Assembly (NCBI GenBank): GCA_017610205.1
Contig: JAFCCL010000003.1
Location: 1-64,000, forward strand
DNA length: 64,000 bases
Reading direction: 5' to 3'
DNA from: Candidatus Iainarchaeum sp.
GTDB lineage: Archaea; Iainarchaeota; Iainarchaeia; Iainarchaeales; GCA-2688035
Part shown: positions 28,813 to 38,584 of the stretch, one piece after another
How positions within the stretch are numbered: the stretch's first letter is position 1
How the letters are laid out: each line of letters starts with the position of its first letter
Notes under the pieces: generated by a model
The model's input: the letters and a program-made list of their open reading frames with translations, nothing else
Database searches by the model: none
Told to the model about the DNA's origin: nothing
Position numbers and translations under genes: made by a program

Positions 28813-30042
28813 TCATCCAAAGTTATAAAATACCTTCTTTTTTGTAAGTAGTTTATCCTTAAAGATAAGTGGTATTCCAAGTTCATATACCTCGTGAATT
28901 AAAACTACTATATTATGTGCTAAGCATTTACAAAGTAGTTCATTCTCTTGCGCAATTCTATTTTTGCTTTTGAGTTTATCACCGAATTTCATTTTTATCA
29001 TGTGGAATGTTGTTTCAACATTTGAACGTTTATGATAGTGTTGGTTAAATTCTTCTTGGTGTAAGGCAAAATAGTGAAACATTTTTCTCCAAAGCTTCCC
29101 TCTGTTTCCAGAACGAACTGTTGCAGTAACATTTTTTTTGAATGGAATGAAAGCTTTGCCACCCACTTCGTTCACAAGATTATAATTTGCTATTGAATTA
29201 TATGCTTTGTCTGCTGAAACATCAACAAGATTAAAACCATTGTCTGCTGTTGCTTGAACAAGAGAAGAAAATTGAGGACAATCTGCACCGTTTGCATCAG
29301 TTACTTCAACGCTTGTAATTACATTGGTTTTAACGCCTGTGCAAATATGAGCCTTTAGCCATTTGTGTTCTTTTTTTGTCCCATGCTTTTCTTTACAGTA
29401 TTCGTTAAATTGTGTTGTTCTGAATCCGCTTGAATCTACTGCAAATTGTGTTTCAACCTCTTTAAGTGGCAAGGCACTCAAACCAATTAACTCTTTTAGA
29501 ATTGGTGTTGCTTCTTTTGTATTCAAAAATTTGGAAGTGGTGTTAAAGTGTGGCGAATTTTTGAGTAAGCCTTTATCTTTTGCATTATTGAATAGGCTTT
29601 TTGCTCTCCTGCTTGAAAGCTGTGAATAAACCTTTTGCACACTACAAAATAACTGTTCTCTTATTGGTGTTGTTGGTCTACCAAAAGAGTATTCTGGTTC
29701 TTGCACGCTTTCAAGCAAATCTCTTAACAATCTGTCAAATTCGTTCACTTCTGTTGTTTGTGCTTGGTTATAAGCGTGCCAAGCCTGTCCGTATGTTAAT
29801 TTGACTTTTTCTGTTGTTCCGTCTGCCTTTTCAACTTGCAAATAGTATTTTACAGCGTAAGCGTGCTTGCAGTATTCGCTTCTTCCTGCTTGGCAATCAG
29901 GACAAGTGCATTTTAAATCCTGTTCTGAAACAAAATAATTTTTGTTACCGTTTTGTGAAGGCACTAAGAAACCGCCTTCAATTTTCTTTATTGTTTTGGT
30001 TTGACTTATTAACAAACCTCTATCCATTCTACTATTTTCCAT
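28813..30042 (-). CDS. DDE transposase (IS5/IS4-like core) with N-terminal SWIM zinc finger
   Basis: CTCPDC...CKH SWIM; FAVDSSGF, SADKAY, YHKRSNVETTFHMIK; intact ORF. Confidence 0.9.
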   Translation of the reverse strand: MENSRMDRGLLISQTKTIKKIEGGFLVPSQNGNKNYFVSEQDLKCTCPDCQAGRSEYCKHAYAVKYYLQVEKADGTTEKVKLTYGQAWHAYNQAQTTEVNEFDRLLRDLLESVQEPEYSFGRPTTPIREQLFCSVQKVYSQLSSRRAKSLFNNAKDKGLLKNSPHFNTTSKFLNTKEATPILKELIGLSALPLKEVETQFAVDSSGFRTTQFNEYCKEKHGTKKEHKWLKAHICTGVKTNVITSVEVTDANGADCPQFSSLVQATADNGFNLVDVSADKAYNSIANYNLVNEVGGKAFIPFKKNVTATVRSGNRGKLWRKMFHYFALHQEEFNQHYHKRSNVETTFHMIKMKFGDKLKSKNRIAQENELLCKCLAHNIVVLIHEVYELGIPLIFKDKLLTKKKVFYNFG

Positions 30043-30056
30043 AAAACCACTTCCTT

Positions 30057-30110
30057 TATTCTATATAGAATAGAGTGCATAGGGTTTATAAACATATTCT
30101 ATATAGAATA
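30057..30110. promoter_or_regulatory. bidirectional promoter with twin palindromic operators
   Basis: TATTCTATATAGAATA at 30057-30072 and 30095-30110, flanking palindromic GTTTATAAAC at 30084-30093. Confidence 0.7.
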
Positions 30111-30116
30111 ATAGTT

Positions 30117-30284
30117 ATGGTAAAAACCTTTGAATACGAAGCAAAAATAAGCAAAACAACCGACAAAAAAAAACTCGCAACAAACGAAACAAAAAACTAC
30201 GATTACGGAACAATAAATCTAAGAAAAACAGAACTAGCCAAACACATTGGAAAAAAAGTAAAAATAACTATACTGGTAGATTAA
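30117..30284 (+). CDS. small AbrB/DUF2080-like transposon-associated protein
   Basis: MVKTFEYEAKI...YGTINL...HIGKKVKITILVD; divergent from transposase. Confidence 0.6.
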   Translation: MVKTFEYEAKISKTTDKKKLATNETKNYDYGTINLRKTELAKHIGKKVKITILVD

Positions 30285-30285
30285 G

Positions 30286-31275
30286 ATGGAAAAAAAGCAA
30301 TTAAACAAAAGAATGCATACTGCGAGAGGGAATAAGAATGATGATTTTTATACCCAACTTACAGACATTGAAAAAGAGTTAAAACACTACAAAAAACATT
30401 TCAAAAACAAAATAGTTTTTTGTAATTGTGATGACCCTCGTGTAAGCAACTTTTTTCATTATTTTTCATACAATTTTGAGAAGTTGGGATTGAAAAAATT
30501 AATTACTACTTGTTATAAAAATCAACAAATGAACTTATTTAGTAAATGTAAATCTGAAAAAGCTATTTACTTAGAATATATAGGTGACAAAAATAAAAAT
30601 AATATCCCAGACCCTAAAGAAATAGGTATTAAATATTTAAAAGGAGATGGCGACTTTCGTAGTAAAGAATGTATTGATTTGTTAAAACAGTCTGATATTG
30701 TAGTTACCAATCCTCCTTTTTCATTATTTAGAGAATATGTAGCTCAACTTATTGAATATGACAAAAAGTTTTTAATTATAGGAAACCAAAATAACATTAC
30801 TTATAAAGACATATTTAATCTGTTAAAAGAAAACAAGATTTGGTTAGGGGTGGATAACGGTGGGACAAAATGGTTTCAAGTTCCTGACAATTATGATATA
30901 GCTACAGAATCAAGAATAAAAATAGAAAATGGCAAAAAGTTTTTTAGTATGGGTAGCGTTGTTTGGTTCACAAACTTGGATATTGAAAAGAGGCACGAAG
31001 ATTTAATTCTCTATAAAACGTACAAAGGACATGAAAAAGAATACCCAAAATACGACAAATACGATATTATTAATGTAGACAAAGTAAGTGATATCCCTAT
31101 TGATTACAAAGGAATTATGGGTGTGCCTATCACTTTCTTAGATAAATATAACCCTGAACAATTTGAAGTCAAAGGAATTGCCAACAGTGCAAGGTGGATT
31201 GGTTTTGAGTGTTATACTTTAATTAAGCGCAAAAAAATATATAACAGAATTCTGATAAGAAACAAGAAACTTTAA
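30286..31275 (+). CDS. M.EcoRI-family N6-adenine DNA methyltransferase
   Basis: KNDDFYTQL, FCNCDDP, GDGDFRS, DIVVTNPPFSLFREY. Confidence 0.9.
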   Translation: MEKKQLNKRMHTARGNKNDDFYTQLTDIEKELKHYKKHFKNKIVFCNCDDPRVSNFFHYFSYNFEKLGLKKLITTCYKNQQMNLFSKCKSEKAIYLEYIGDKNKNNIPDPKEIGIKYLKGDGDFRSKECIDLLKQSDIVVTNPPFSLFREYVAQLIEYDKKFLIIGNQNNITYKDIFNLLKENKIWLGVDNGGTKWFQVPDNYDIATESRIKIENGKKFFSMGSVVWFTNLDIEKRHEDLILYKTYKGHEKEYPKYDKYDIINVDKVSDIPIDYKGIMGVPITFLDKYNPEQFEVKGIANSARWIGFECYTLIKRKKIYNRILIRNKKL

Positions 31276-31300
31276 ATAAGCGTATTTACATTGTTATTCT

Positions 31301-32377
31301 ATGAAAATAGACCTAAAAAGAATCACAGCTGGCGAATTATCAAAGGATTATCAAGACAATGCTGAAGCAGGAGTAGTTGGTTTTGGTGGAAAACTTGATA
31401 TTCGCCCACCATTTCAAAGAGAATTTGTTTATAAGGACAAACAGCGTGATGCAGTAATTAATACGGTTACAAAAGATTTCCCACTTAATGTAATGTACTG
31501 GTCAGTTTGTGATGATGGAAATTTTGAAATAATAGACGGTCAACAAAGAACCATATCTCTTTGTCAATATATCACTGGCGATTTCTCAATTAATGGATTA
31601 GCATTTCACAATCTTCCAAAAGACAAACAAGAACAAATACTAAAATACCCATTAATGATTTATTTGTGTTCAGGAACCGATAGTGAAAAATTGGACTGGT
31701 TTGAAACAATTAACATAGCGGGCGCAAAACTTACTGACCAAGAATTACGAAACGCAGTTTATTCTGGCTCATGGGTTTCTGATGCCAAACGTTATTTTTC
31801 TAAAAATAATCGCCCAAAAATAGGGGATGATTATTTAAGTGGAACTGCAATCCGACAAGAATACTTAGAAACCGCTATCGAGTGGATTTCAAAAGGAAAA
31901 ATAAAGGAGTATATGTCAAAGCATCAACACGACCCAAATGCGAATGAATTATGGTTATATTTTCAATCAGTTATAAATTGGGTAAAAGTAACATTCCCCA
32001 AATATCGCAAAGAAATGAAAAATGTTCCTTGGGGAGTTTTGTATAATTCATTTAAAGATAAAAAGATTGATGCAAAGAAATTAGAAAAAGAAGTAAGTAA
32101 ATTAATGATGGATGATGATGTTACAAAAAAGTCAGGCATTTACATTTATATTTTAACAAAAGAAGAAAAAGTTCTTAATATTCGTTCTTTTACTGCTAAT
32201 CAAAAGAGAGAGGCTTATGAAAGGCAAAAAGGTATTTGTCCAAAATGTAAGAAAAAGTATGAACTTGAAGAAATGGAAGCTGACCATAAAACCCCTTGGA
32301 GCAAAGGTGGAAAAACTACTGCTGAAAATTGCGAAATGCTTTGTATAAAGCATAATAGAGAAAAATCTGGCAAATAA
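31301..32377 (+). CDS. DUF262 (ParB-like/GmrS) + HNH endonuclease
   Basis: PPFQREFVY, IIDGQQRT, FETIN; C-terminal CPKC...EADHKTPWSKGG...NCEMLC..HNREK. Confidence 0.88.
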   Translation: MKIDLKRITAGELSKDYQDNAEAGVVGFGGKLDIRPPFQREFVYKDKQRDAVINTVTKDFPLNVMYWSVCDDGNFEIIDGQQRTISLCQYITGDFSINGLAFHNLPKDKQEQILKYPLMIYLCSGTDSEKLDWFETINIAGAKLTDQELRNAVYSGSWVSDAKRYFSKNNRPKIGDDYLSGTAIRQEYLETAIEWISKGKIKEYMSKHQHDPNANELWLYFQSVINWVKVTFPKYRKEMKNVPWGVLYNSFKDKKIDAKKLEKEVSKLMMDDDVTKKSGIYIYILTKEEKVLNIRSFTANQKREAYERQKGICPKCKKKYELEEMEADHKTPWSKGGKTTAENCEMLCIKHNREKSGK

Positions 32378-32416
32378 ATCTTGCATATTAATACTTGAAT
32401 ATAATTAAGTGATAAA

Positions 32417-32605
32417 ATGGTTAGGGGACTGGAAAGTTTAGAAGCTAACAAGCATTTACATAGCCAACGTTCTCCTGAATTTAAGGCTCTAAAAATGGCT
32501 TCTGAAAATGGCTTCCCTAATTGTAAGGGACTATATCCTGATTGCCCTGACAAACCTGATAAAAAGAACAAGATGTGTAGAACTTGCCCTGTTTTGGATG
32601 AATAA
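32417..32605 (+). CDS. small Cys-containing cargo protein
   Basis: 62 aa, C..C...CRTCP. Confidence 0.5.
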   Translation: MVRGLESLEANKHLHSQRSPEFKALKMASENGFPNCKGLYPDCPDKPDKKNKMCRTCPVLDE

Positions 32606-32624
32606 AAAGAATAATAATCTATAG

Positions 32625-32674
32625 ACTTTAAGTGCAAGTTTCAGACTTTAGGTGCAACCTTTACTTTAAGTGCA
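32625..32674 (+). repeat. right subterminal repeats ACTTTA(A/G)GTGCA x3
   Basis: 32625-32636, 32645-32656, 32663-32674 (the last lies within the TIR). Confidence 0.9.
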
Positions 32675-32849
32675 AAGCCGTTGGCTGATGCTAATTTGAA
32701 AAACTTTCAATTTCAACAAGTTAATATTATGTTTCCATTAAATTAAGTTATAAAAAAAAGTTTCGCGTAGCGTTTTTTTTTGCAAACTTTTTTCTAAAAA
32801 GTTTCGCAAGCATAGTTACCCTGCTGTAAAAAAGAAATTTCGGCAGCCA

Positions 32850-33755
32850 TTATGCTGCCACGTCTATATCTAATCTTTTCTTTAGTTCTCTGTACCTGTT
32901 TCTGATTGTTACCTCTGTAACACCGGCAACATTGGCAACTTCTTTTTGGGTCCTTCTTTCCCCTTTAAGCAGTCCTGCAATGTAAACTGCTGCGGCTGCA
33001 ACTCCTGTTGGGCCCCTTCCTGAAATAAGGCCTTTGTCAATGGCTTGTTCCAAAATCTTTCTTCCCTCTTCCTGGACTTCTCCGCTTAGGTTGAGTTCTG
33101 AAGCAAATCTTGGAATGTAGTGAATTGGGTTTGTCAAAGGTACATCAAGCTTAAGCTCTCTAACCAGGAACCTGTAGGTTCTTCCAATTTCTTTTTTTGT
33201 CAAACCGCTTGCTTCTGCCATTTCGTTCAATGTTCTTGGCACGTGATATGTTCTGCATACTGTGTAAAGAACTGCTGCAACCACTGCTTCAATAAGCCTT
33301 CCTCTGATTAGTCCCTTTTTTACTGTTTTTCTGTAAAGCAATGCTGCTGCTTCAACAAGTGATTCTGGAATGTTCAAATATGATGCAACCCTTCTCAATT
33401 CTGTTAAGGCAATTGAAAGGTTTCTTTGCATGCTTGAGCTAATGCTTGCTCTTTTATGCCATTTAATTAAACGGTACATTTGTGCCCTGCTTTTGCTTGA
33501 AAGCTTGTTTCCCCTAAGGTCGGTTCCACGCCTGTCAATCATTGTCACAAGCCCTTTGTTGAGCTTTACATATTTCATAGGGCTTCCTGTTCTTGCCCTT
33601 TGCTCAAACTGGTCTGAGTCAAAAGAACGCCATTCCTTTCCATAATCTACCATGTCTTCGTTTATAACAAGACCGCAATCCTGGCAAATAAGCTCTCCTT
33701 TTTCAGGATCTCTCCTAATTTTTGTGCTTTTGCACTCTGGACATTTATTAACCAT
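32850..33755 (-). CDS. tfb: transcription initiation factor IIB
   Basis: CPEC...CQDCG Zn ribbon, EWRSF, two cyclin repeats, VTEVTIRNRY. Confidence 0.97.
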   Translation of the reverse strand: MVNKCPECKSTKIRRDPEKGELICQDCGLVINEDMVDYGKEWRSFDSDQFEQRARTGSPMKYVKLNKGLVTMIDRRGTDLRGNKLSSKSRAQMYRLIKWHKRASISSSMQRNLSIALTELRRVASYLNIPESLVEAAALLYRKTVKKGLIRGRLIEAVVAAVLYTVCRTYHVPRTLNEMAEASGLTKKEIGRTYRFLVRELKLDVPLTNPIHYIPRFASELNLSGEVQEEGRKILEQAIDKGLISGRGPTGVAAAAVYIAGLLKGERRTQKEVANVAGVTEVTIRNRYRELKKRLDIDVAA

Positions 33756-34033
33756 TCAAAAACCACCTTTCCAAGGAATTTTTTTTACCAATTTTTCCAA
33801 AATCAGCTTTAACAATTCAAACAAGCCTACAATAATATCTAACAACCATAATTGCCAGAAATTAGATGCTATATTAATTTGCTGTCCCCATCCTTTATAA
33901 AGCTTTCCTTTGAACCGTTTTTTGCCTTAAAAACGCTGATTTAAGCACTTTTAGTACTTTTAAAGCCTTTTTTTTGGCAAAAAATAGGGTTTAAATACTT
34001 GAATAGAACATTTACTTATACGCCTGCAAAACT

Positions 34034-34855
34034 GGTGATAAATCTCCTAACAGAAGAAGGCTTCCAAAACCAGCAAATGTTATTAAACCGCCTTCAAAGC
34101 AGCCCAAGGCCAAAATTGTTTACAGAAATCGTGAAGCTATTCTTTTGAAACCAAAACAAAAATCTTTTAATCGATAGAATATTGAGTGGGTTTCTATCAG
34201 GGGTTTTATTACTAGTGGTGACTATGGAAAAATTTATTGGGCTAAAATGAAGATTAAGGGAAGACCTTCTCCTCAAAGGATTGTTGTAAAGGTTTTTCAT
34301 CCCGACAAGGAGGCCTATCTTGATTTTGCCGAGATTGTAAAGCGCCTTGAAAAAAGCAATGTTCCACCTTCAAAAATGCAGCTTATTTTCTTTACAGACA
34401 GAAAACAGCATGGGATTTTAATGGAGTCATATATTGGAAATTCTAAAGAAAAAAAGGGTAAAATTGAATCAAAGTTAAAACCGGGTTTTCTTTTTTGGCA
34501 ACTGGATTTGAGCAAAAAAAGAGATAGTGCAATTTTTGCACTGTCTGTAAATGCAACAGCAAAACTGGCTAAAACAGGGCTTTATTTTACTCAGATGTAC
34601 ACTGGGAGTTCTGGGCAGAAAAACATGAGTCCTGGGCCTCTTAGAGTGGATGTTTTTAATGTCATGGAAGCCAAAAGCGGGCAAAAGAAAATTCTTGTTC
34701 AGGACATTGATTCTGTCAGGTTAGGTGCCAGTTCTAAATTTTCTTGGAGGAATTCGACAAATGTTTTGCTTAATACTGTTTCTTGCCGTAGGCCTGAGAA
34801 TGCTGAAATTGCCAGAAAAATTATTGGAAAGGTTGGAAAGAGATACCGTTTCTAA
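34034..34855 (+). pseudogene. protein-kinase-like gene interrupted by in-frame TAG (34175)
   Basis: frame upstream of annotated ATG gives ITSGDYGKIYWAK...IVVKVF; later LMESY, VDVFNV, ILVQDID. Confidence 0.5.
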
Positions 34856-34862
34856 AAACTGC

Positions 34863-35270
34863 CTATTTTTCAATTAGAACTGCTTGAACAACGCCTGTTT
34901 GTCCTGGTCTGCTTGTGACTTTTGCAGTTTGTTCTTTTCCTTCAACATTGACCTTTATTTTGGCGCCTTTTGTAATAATGTTTCTTCTGGTAAAAAGTCT
35001 GTTTGCTGCGTTTTCTTCAACGTTTAAAATCTCTGCTTTCATTGCCTTTTTTTGGCCCTTAGCTGTTACTGTGGCAAATTTTGCCCTGTACTGCTTTACT
35101 TTTACAACAGAGCCTTTTACAACCCTGCTTTTTCTTCGCTCGTCGTCTTCTGAAACAATGGTTTTGGCAGGGTCTCCGCCTTTCCATGCAAGCAGTTTGT
35201 CACAGCGCCTTGCGGCTGTCCTGTTTCCGCCTGTTCTTTTCCTTTTGCTCTTTGTATGCCACTGAGTCAT
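34863..35270 (-). CDS. rps8e: 30S ribosomal protein S8e
   Basis: SKRKRTGG...RRNIITKGA...VTSRPGQTG. Confidence 0.95.
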   Translation of the reverse strand: MTQWHTKSKRKRTGGNRTAARRCDKLLAWKGGDPAKTIVSEDDERRKSRVVKGSVVKVKQYRAKFATVTAKGQKKAMKAEILNVEENAANRLFTRRNIITKGAKIKVNVEGKEQTAKVTSRPGQTGVVQAVLIEK

Positions 35271-35417
35271 AAAAACACCAAAAAAAACGAAAATCGCTTT
35301 ACTTGAATAATAATTAATTGAAATGGAAGAATTAAAAAGGCTTGTTTTCGGGATATTTGGATTGTTTAACAGGAACCAGCCTTTATTTTTTGGTTGTAAG
35401 CTTTTTATTAATTTCCG

Positions 35418-35868
35418 CTAAAGTGGTTTTTTCTTAGTCCATGGTAGTGGTGTCTTAGCTCTAGGCAGTCCTTTATTACGCCTTGCTGTTGCTGCTGCTT
35501 TGTATCCTGCATTAATTCTAATCCTTTTTACTTTTCGTTTATACGCTAATAGCTTCTTTTGTTCACGTTTCAGTACCTGGCGATTTGCCTCTGCTACTGT
35601 GACATAATTTTGGGACCCTATCCTGATTTTTCTTAATTTTATTATTTCGTTGACTGTATCTTCTCCCACCTTAAGTCTCCTTGCAAGTTCAGGCATTGTT
35701 ACTAGCTTTCCCTCTATTTTCATATTAAAAACAGTTTCCCCCCATTGCCTTCTCAAATTCCATCCTGCTAAATTTAAACCCACCTATTTTAAGTAAACCA
35801 ATCACTCTGGTTTTTGTAAGTGTTCCTTCTGGTTTAACTAGCGCTATTCTTGAAGGTTTTGCTGCCAT
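35418..35868 (-). pseudogene. basic hypothetical protein frameshifted at a G6 tract
   Basis: ATG 35868 frame (MAAKPSRIAL...) joins the 35418-35783 ORF if one base is removed from C6 at 35738-35743. Confidence 0.5.
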
Positions 35869-35899
35869 ACTATAACATCTACCTTTTAATAGAATTTAA

Positions 35900-38191
35900 T
35901 TATTCCCATTCTGCTTCAACCACCTTTTTTATTTTCTTTGCCTTTTCTTTGCCCATTTTCTCCACTTTTTGTAATTCTTTTGCTTCTGCATTGAAGATTT
36001 TTTTTACACTGCCAAAATGCTTCAAAAGCTTTTTTGCAGTCATTGGTCCGACCAATGGCAGGCTTTCTACTACAAACCGTTGCTGTTCTCCAAGGGTTAA
36101 TCCCTTTCTTCCAATTCGCAGTCTTACATCCGAGCCCTTGCCTTCCTGTTCCCTTTTTGCAATTACGTAAATGTATTGGGCTGTTTCCCTTTTTGATTCT
36201 GTGAAAAGAATTGGAACCCGGTAGTTTAATGCAATAGATGTAAGCATTCCAATTATTGCATTTCTGTGCACGTTTGTTTCAAACAATTTTTCCCGATCTC
36301 CCTCCACTATAACCAAGGGGCGTTCATATGATTCAGCCATGTTAATCAATTGCTTGGAAAGTCTTCTGTCAACAATGCTTGAAACAAAATCTGAAATTGA
36401 TTTTCTTTCAATTACAATTTCCTTTCCTGGAATGTAGTCTCCGACTTCAAGTTGCTTTTCTACAACAGAGCATCCAAGGTCTGCAAGCAATTTTGAAATT
36501 CCTGATTCCCTTTCCCTTACGTCAGCAAACACGACAATTTTTCCACTGCCTTCTGAATCAAAGCTGTTCAAAGTAGTCTGCTTTTCTCCTTTTTTTATTT
36601 CTTCGTTTCCTGTGTCCTTTTTCATCCTATGTAATATCTTATGCATCTTTTTTTCTTTGTTAATACTTGCCCAGTAATATGCTTCGTCTCTGGTATCTTT
36701 TGCCATTAAAATTACTGCTTTTCCTGCAGCAAGCCTTCCTGTTCTTCCCCTTCTTTGAATAAACCTTATTTCGCTTGGAACAGGCTCGTAAAATACTACC
36801 AGGTCAACGCTTGGGATATCTAATCCTTCTTCGGCAACTGATGAGGCTACAAGGCAATTAATTTTTCCTTCTTTTAATTCTTCAATTTTTTCTGCCTGTT
36901 CCTTTTGGCTCATTCCTTTTTCTTTTCCTCTTGCTGCCTGTCCAACAAACCTTTCCGATTTTATTTCCTTGATTTTGTTCAGTTCCTGGTTTAATTTTTT
37001 GATTGAGTCTCTGTAGTGGTTGAATACAATTACACTGCTTTTGGGATTTTCTTCAAATTGCTGATTTAGCACTTTTATAAGGGCATCAAATTTTGGATGA
37101 ATGATTCCTTTTGCTGCAATTTCTTCAGCCATTTCGTTGACCTGAATCATTTCCATGCTTGAAATAAACATTGAGGTTGCCCTGCTTATCTTTCCTGTCT
37201 TTTTTCTTTCCCTTTCAAGGTATAAGCAGAGTGCATTAACTCCTTGGGTTTCAAGCAGTGTATGGGCATGGCTTGCTTTCATTAAGGCTGCTGCTGCTGT
37301 TGCTGCTGCAAAAATGCTCATGTTTTTTCCGTGGCTTGCCTGAATTCTTCTCCTTATTGCTGCCTGCATTTCGATAAGCCTTGCTTTTCCAAAGCCTTTA
37401 AGTGAACTGGTTTTGCTTAGCCTAAATTTGTATAAAACATCGGCCTGTTTTTGCATAAAATGTTCAATAAGTTTTATCATTGACTTGAATTCTGAGGGCA
37501 GTTTAACAACGCGCCATTCAACCTTTATTTTGTGGGAGTAAGGAGTCACGTCCTCATCCTCCAATTCCTTTATTTCAATATTTTTAATGTACAAATTTTT
37601 GCAAATCTCCTTGACATGGTCTTCCTTGCCTCCTGGAGAGGCTGTAAGCGCAAGCACTAGCCCGTTTTTGTTTTTCTTGAATTTTTTTGCAATGTAAACA
37701 TAGGCATATTCTCCCACTGCTCTGTGGGATTCGTCAAAAATTATTAGTGAAATGTCTTTGGCAAAAACACGTTCTTTTCTTAAGTCGTTTTCAATTGTTT
37801 GGGGTGTTGCAACAATTACTACTGCATTTTCCCATTCTTTTGCCCTTTTTTTTGCAGGTGTTGCGCCTGTTAAGAGCGCAACAGAGTCCTTTTCCAACTT
37901 CATTAATTTGAGCATTGTTTTTTTGTGCTGTTCACACAATGGTTTTGTTGGCGCTAGGAAAAGAATTTTTCCAGTTGGCTTTTTTTTCAAAACGTCTGCT
38001 GCAACAAGAACTGCTACAATTGTTTTTCCCAAAGCTGTTGGTGCTACAACAAGACTGTTGCCTCCTTTTGCAACAGATTCTGCAAGCTTTACCTGATAGT
38101 CTCTTTTTTCAACAGCCTTTGCCCTGATAAATTTGTTTTTTACAAAATCTTTTGTCAAACTTCTGTGTTTTTTCTTTTTTTCAGAGGGCAT
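35900..38191 (-). CDS. hef: Hef helicase-nuclease (FANCM/ERCC4-like)
   Basis: APTALGKT, DESH, QRRGRTGR, ERKS nuclease motif, HhH tail. Confidence 0.95.
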   Translation of the reverse strand: MPSEKKKKHRSLTKDFVKNKFIRAKAVEKRDYQVKLAESVAKGGNSLVVAPTALGKTIVAVLVAADVLKKKPTGKILFLAPTKPLCEQHKKTMLKLMKLEKDSVALLTGATPAKKRAKEWENAVVIVATPQTIENDLRKERVFAKDISLIIFDESHRAVGEYAYVYIAKKFKKNKNGLVLALTASPGGKEDHVKEICKNLYIKNIEIKELEDEDVTPYSHKIKVEWRVVKLPSEFKSMIKLIEHFMQKQADVLYKFRLSKTSSLKGFGKARLIEMQAAIRRRIQASHGKNMSIFAAATAAAALMKASHAHTLLETQGVNALCLYLERERKKTGKISRATSMFISSMEMIQVNEMAEEIAAKGIIHPKFDALIKVLNQQFEENPKSSVIVFNHYRDSIKKLNQELNKIKEIKSERFVGQAARGKEKGMSQKEQAEKIEELKEGKINCLVASSVAEEGLDIPSVDLVVFYEPVPSEIRFIQRRGRTGRLAAGKAVILMAKDTRDEAYYWASINKEKKMHKILHRMKKDTGNEEIKKGEKQTTLNSFDSEGSGKIVVFADVRERESGISKLLADLGCSVVEKQLEVGDYIPGKEIVIERKSISDFVSSIVDRRLSKQLINMAESYERPLVIVEGDREKLFETNVHRNAIIGMLTSIALNYRVPILFTESKRETAQYIYVIAKREQEGKGSDVRLRIGRKGLTLGEQQRFVVESLPLVGPMTAKKLLKHFGSVKKIFNAEAKELQKVEKMGKEKAKKIKKVVEAEWE

Positions 38192-38357
38192 ACATTCAAT
38201 TAGTCTGGCGACCTTTTTAAAGCATTTCTTAGTTGGTTTCCGGTGTTTTTTGCCTCAAAACCGCTTTTTTTCCAAAAAAATGGGATAAATTTAAATATTC
38301 CTTTGAAATAACCTTTATTAGGGCTTTAAAGCCAAATCAAAAGGATGTGAAAAGCTT

Positions 38358-38567
38358 ATGGGTGAATTACCGCTTGCAGCTGTTGACAGGATTATTAGAA
38401 AGGCTGGTGGAGGCAGAGTAAGCGAGGATGCTGCTGCTGCCTTGTCAGAGGTTTTGGAAGACAAGGGTATTAAAATTGCACAGCAGGCAACAGAGTTTGC
38501 AAAGCATGCTAAGAGAAAGACTGTTACTGCACAGGACATAAAGCTTGCAGTAAAGGGTCTGCAATAA
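38358..38567 (+). CDS. archaeal histone (HMf-type)
   Basis: [21 protein letters not shown]...[17 protein letters not shown]. Confidence 0.95.
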   Translation: MGELPLAAVDRIIRKAGGGRVSEDAAAALSEVLEDKGIKIAQQATEFAKHAKRKTVTAQDIKLAVKGLQ

Positions 38568-38584
38568 AATTCAAATTCTTTTTT

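Larger units (their letters stand above)
27524..32679. mobile_element. 5,156-bp cargo-carrying DDE transposon
   Basis: perfect 17-bp TIRs GGCTTTGCACTTAAAGT (27524-27540 and 32663-32679); 9-bp TSD GTTGGCTGA (27515-27523 and 32680-32688); internal transposase. Confidence 0.93.
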
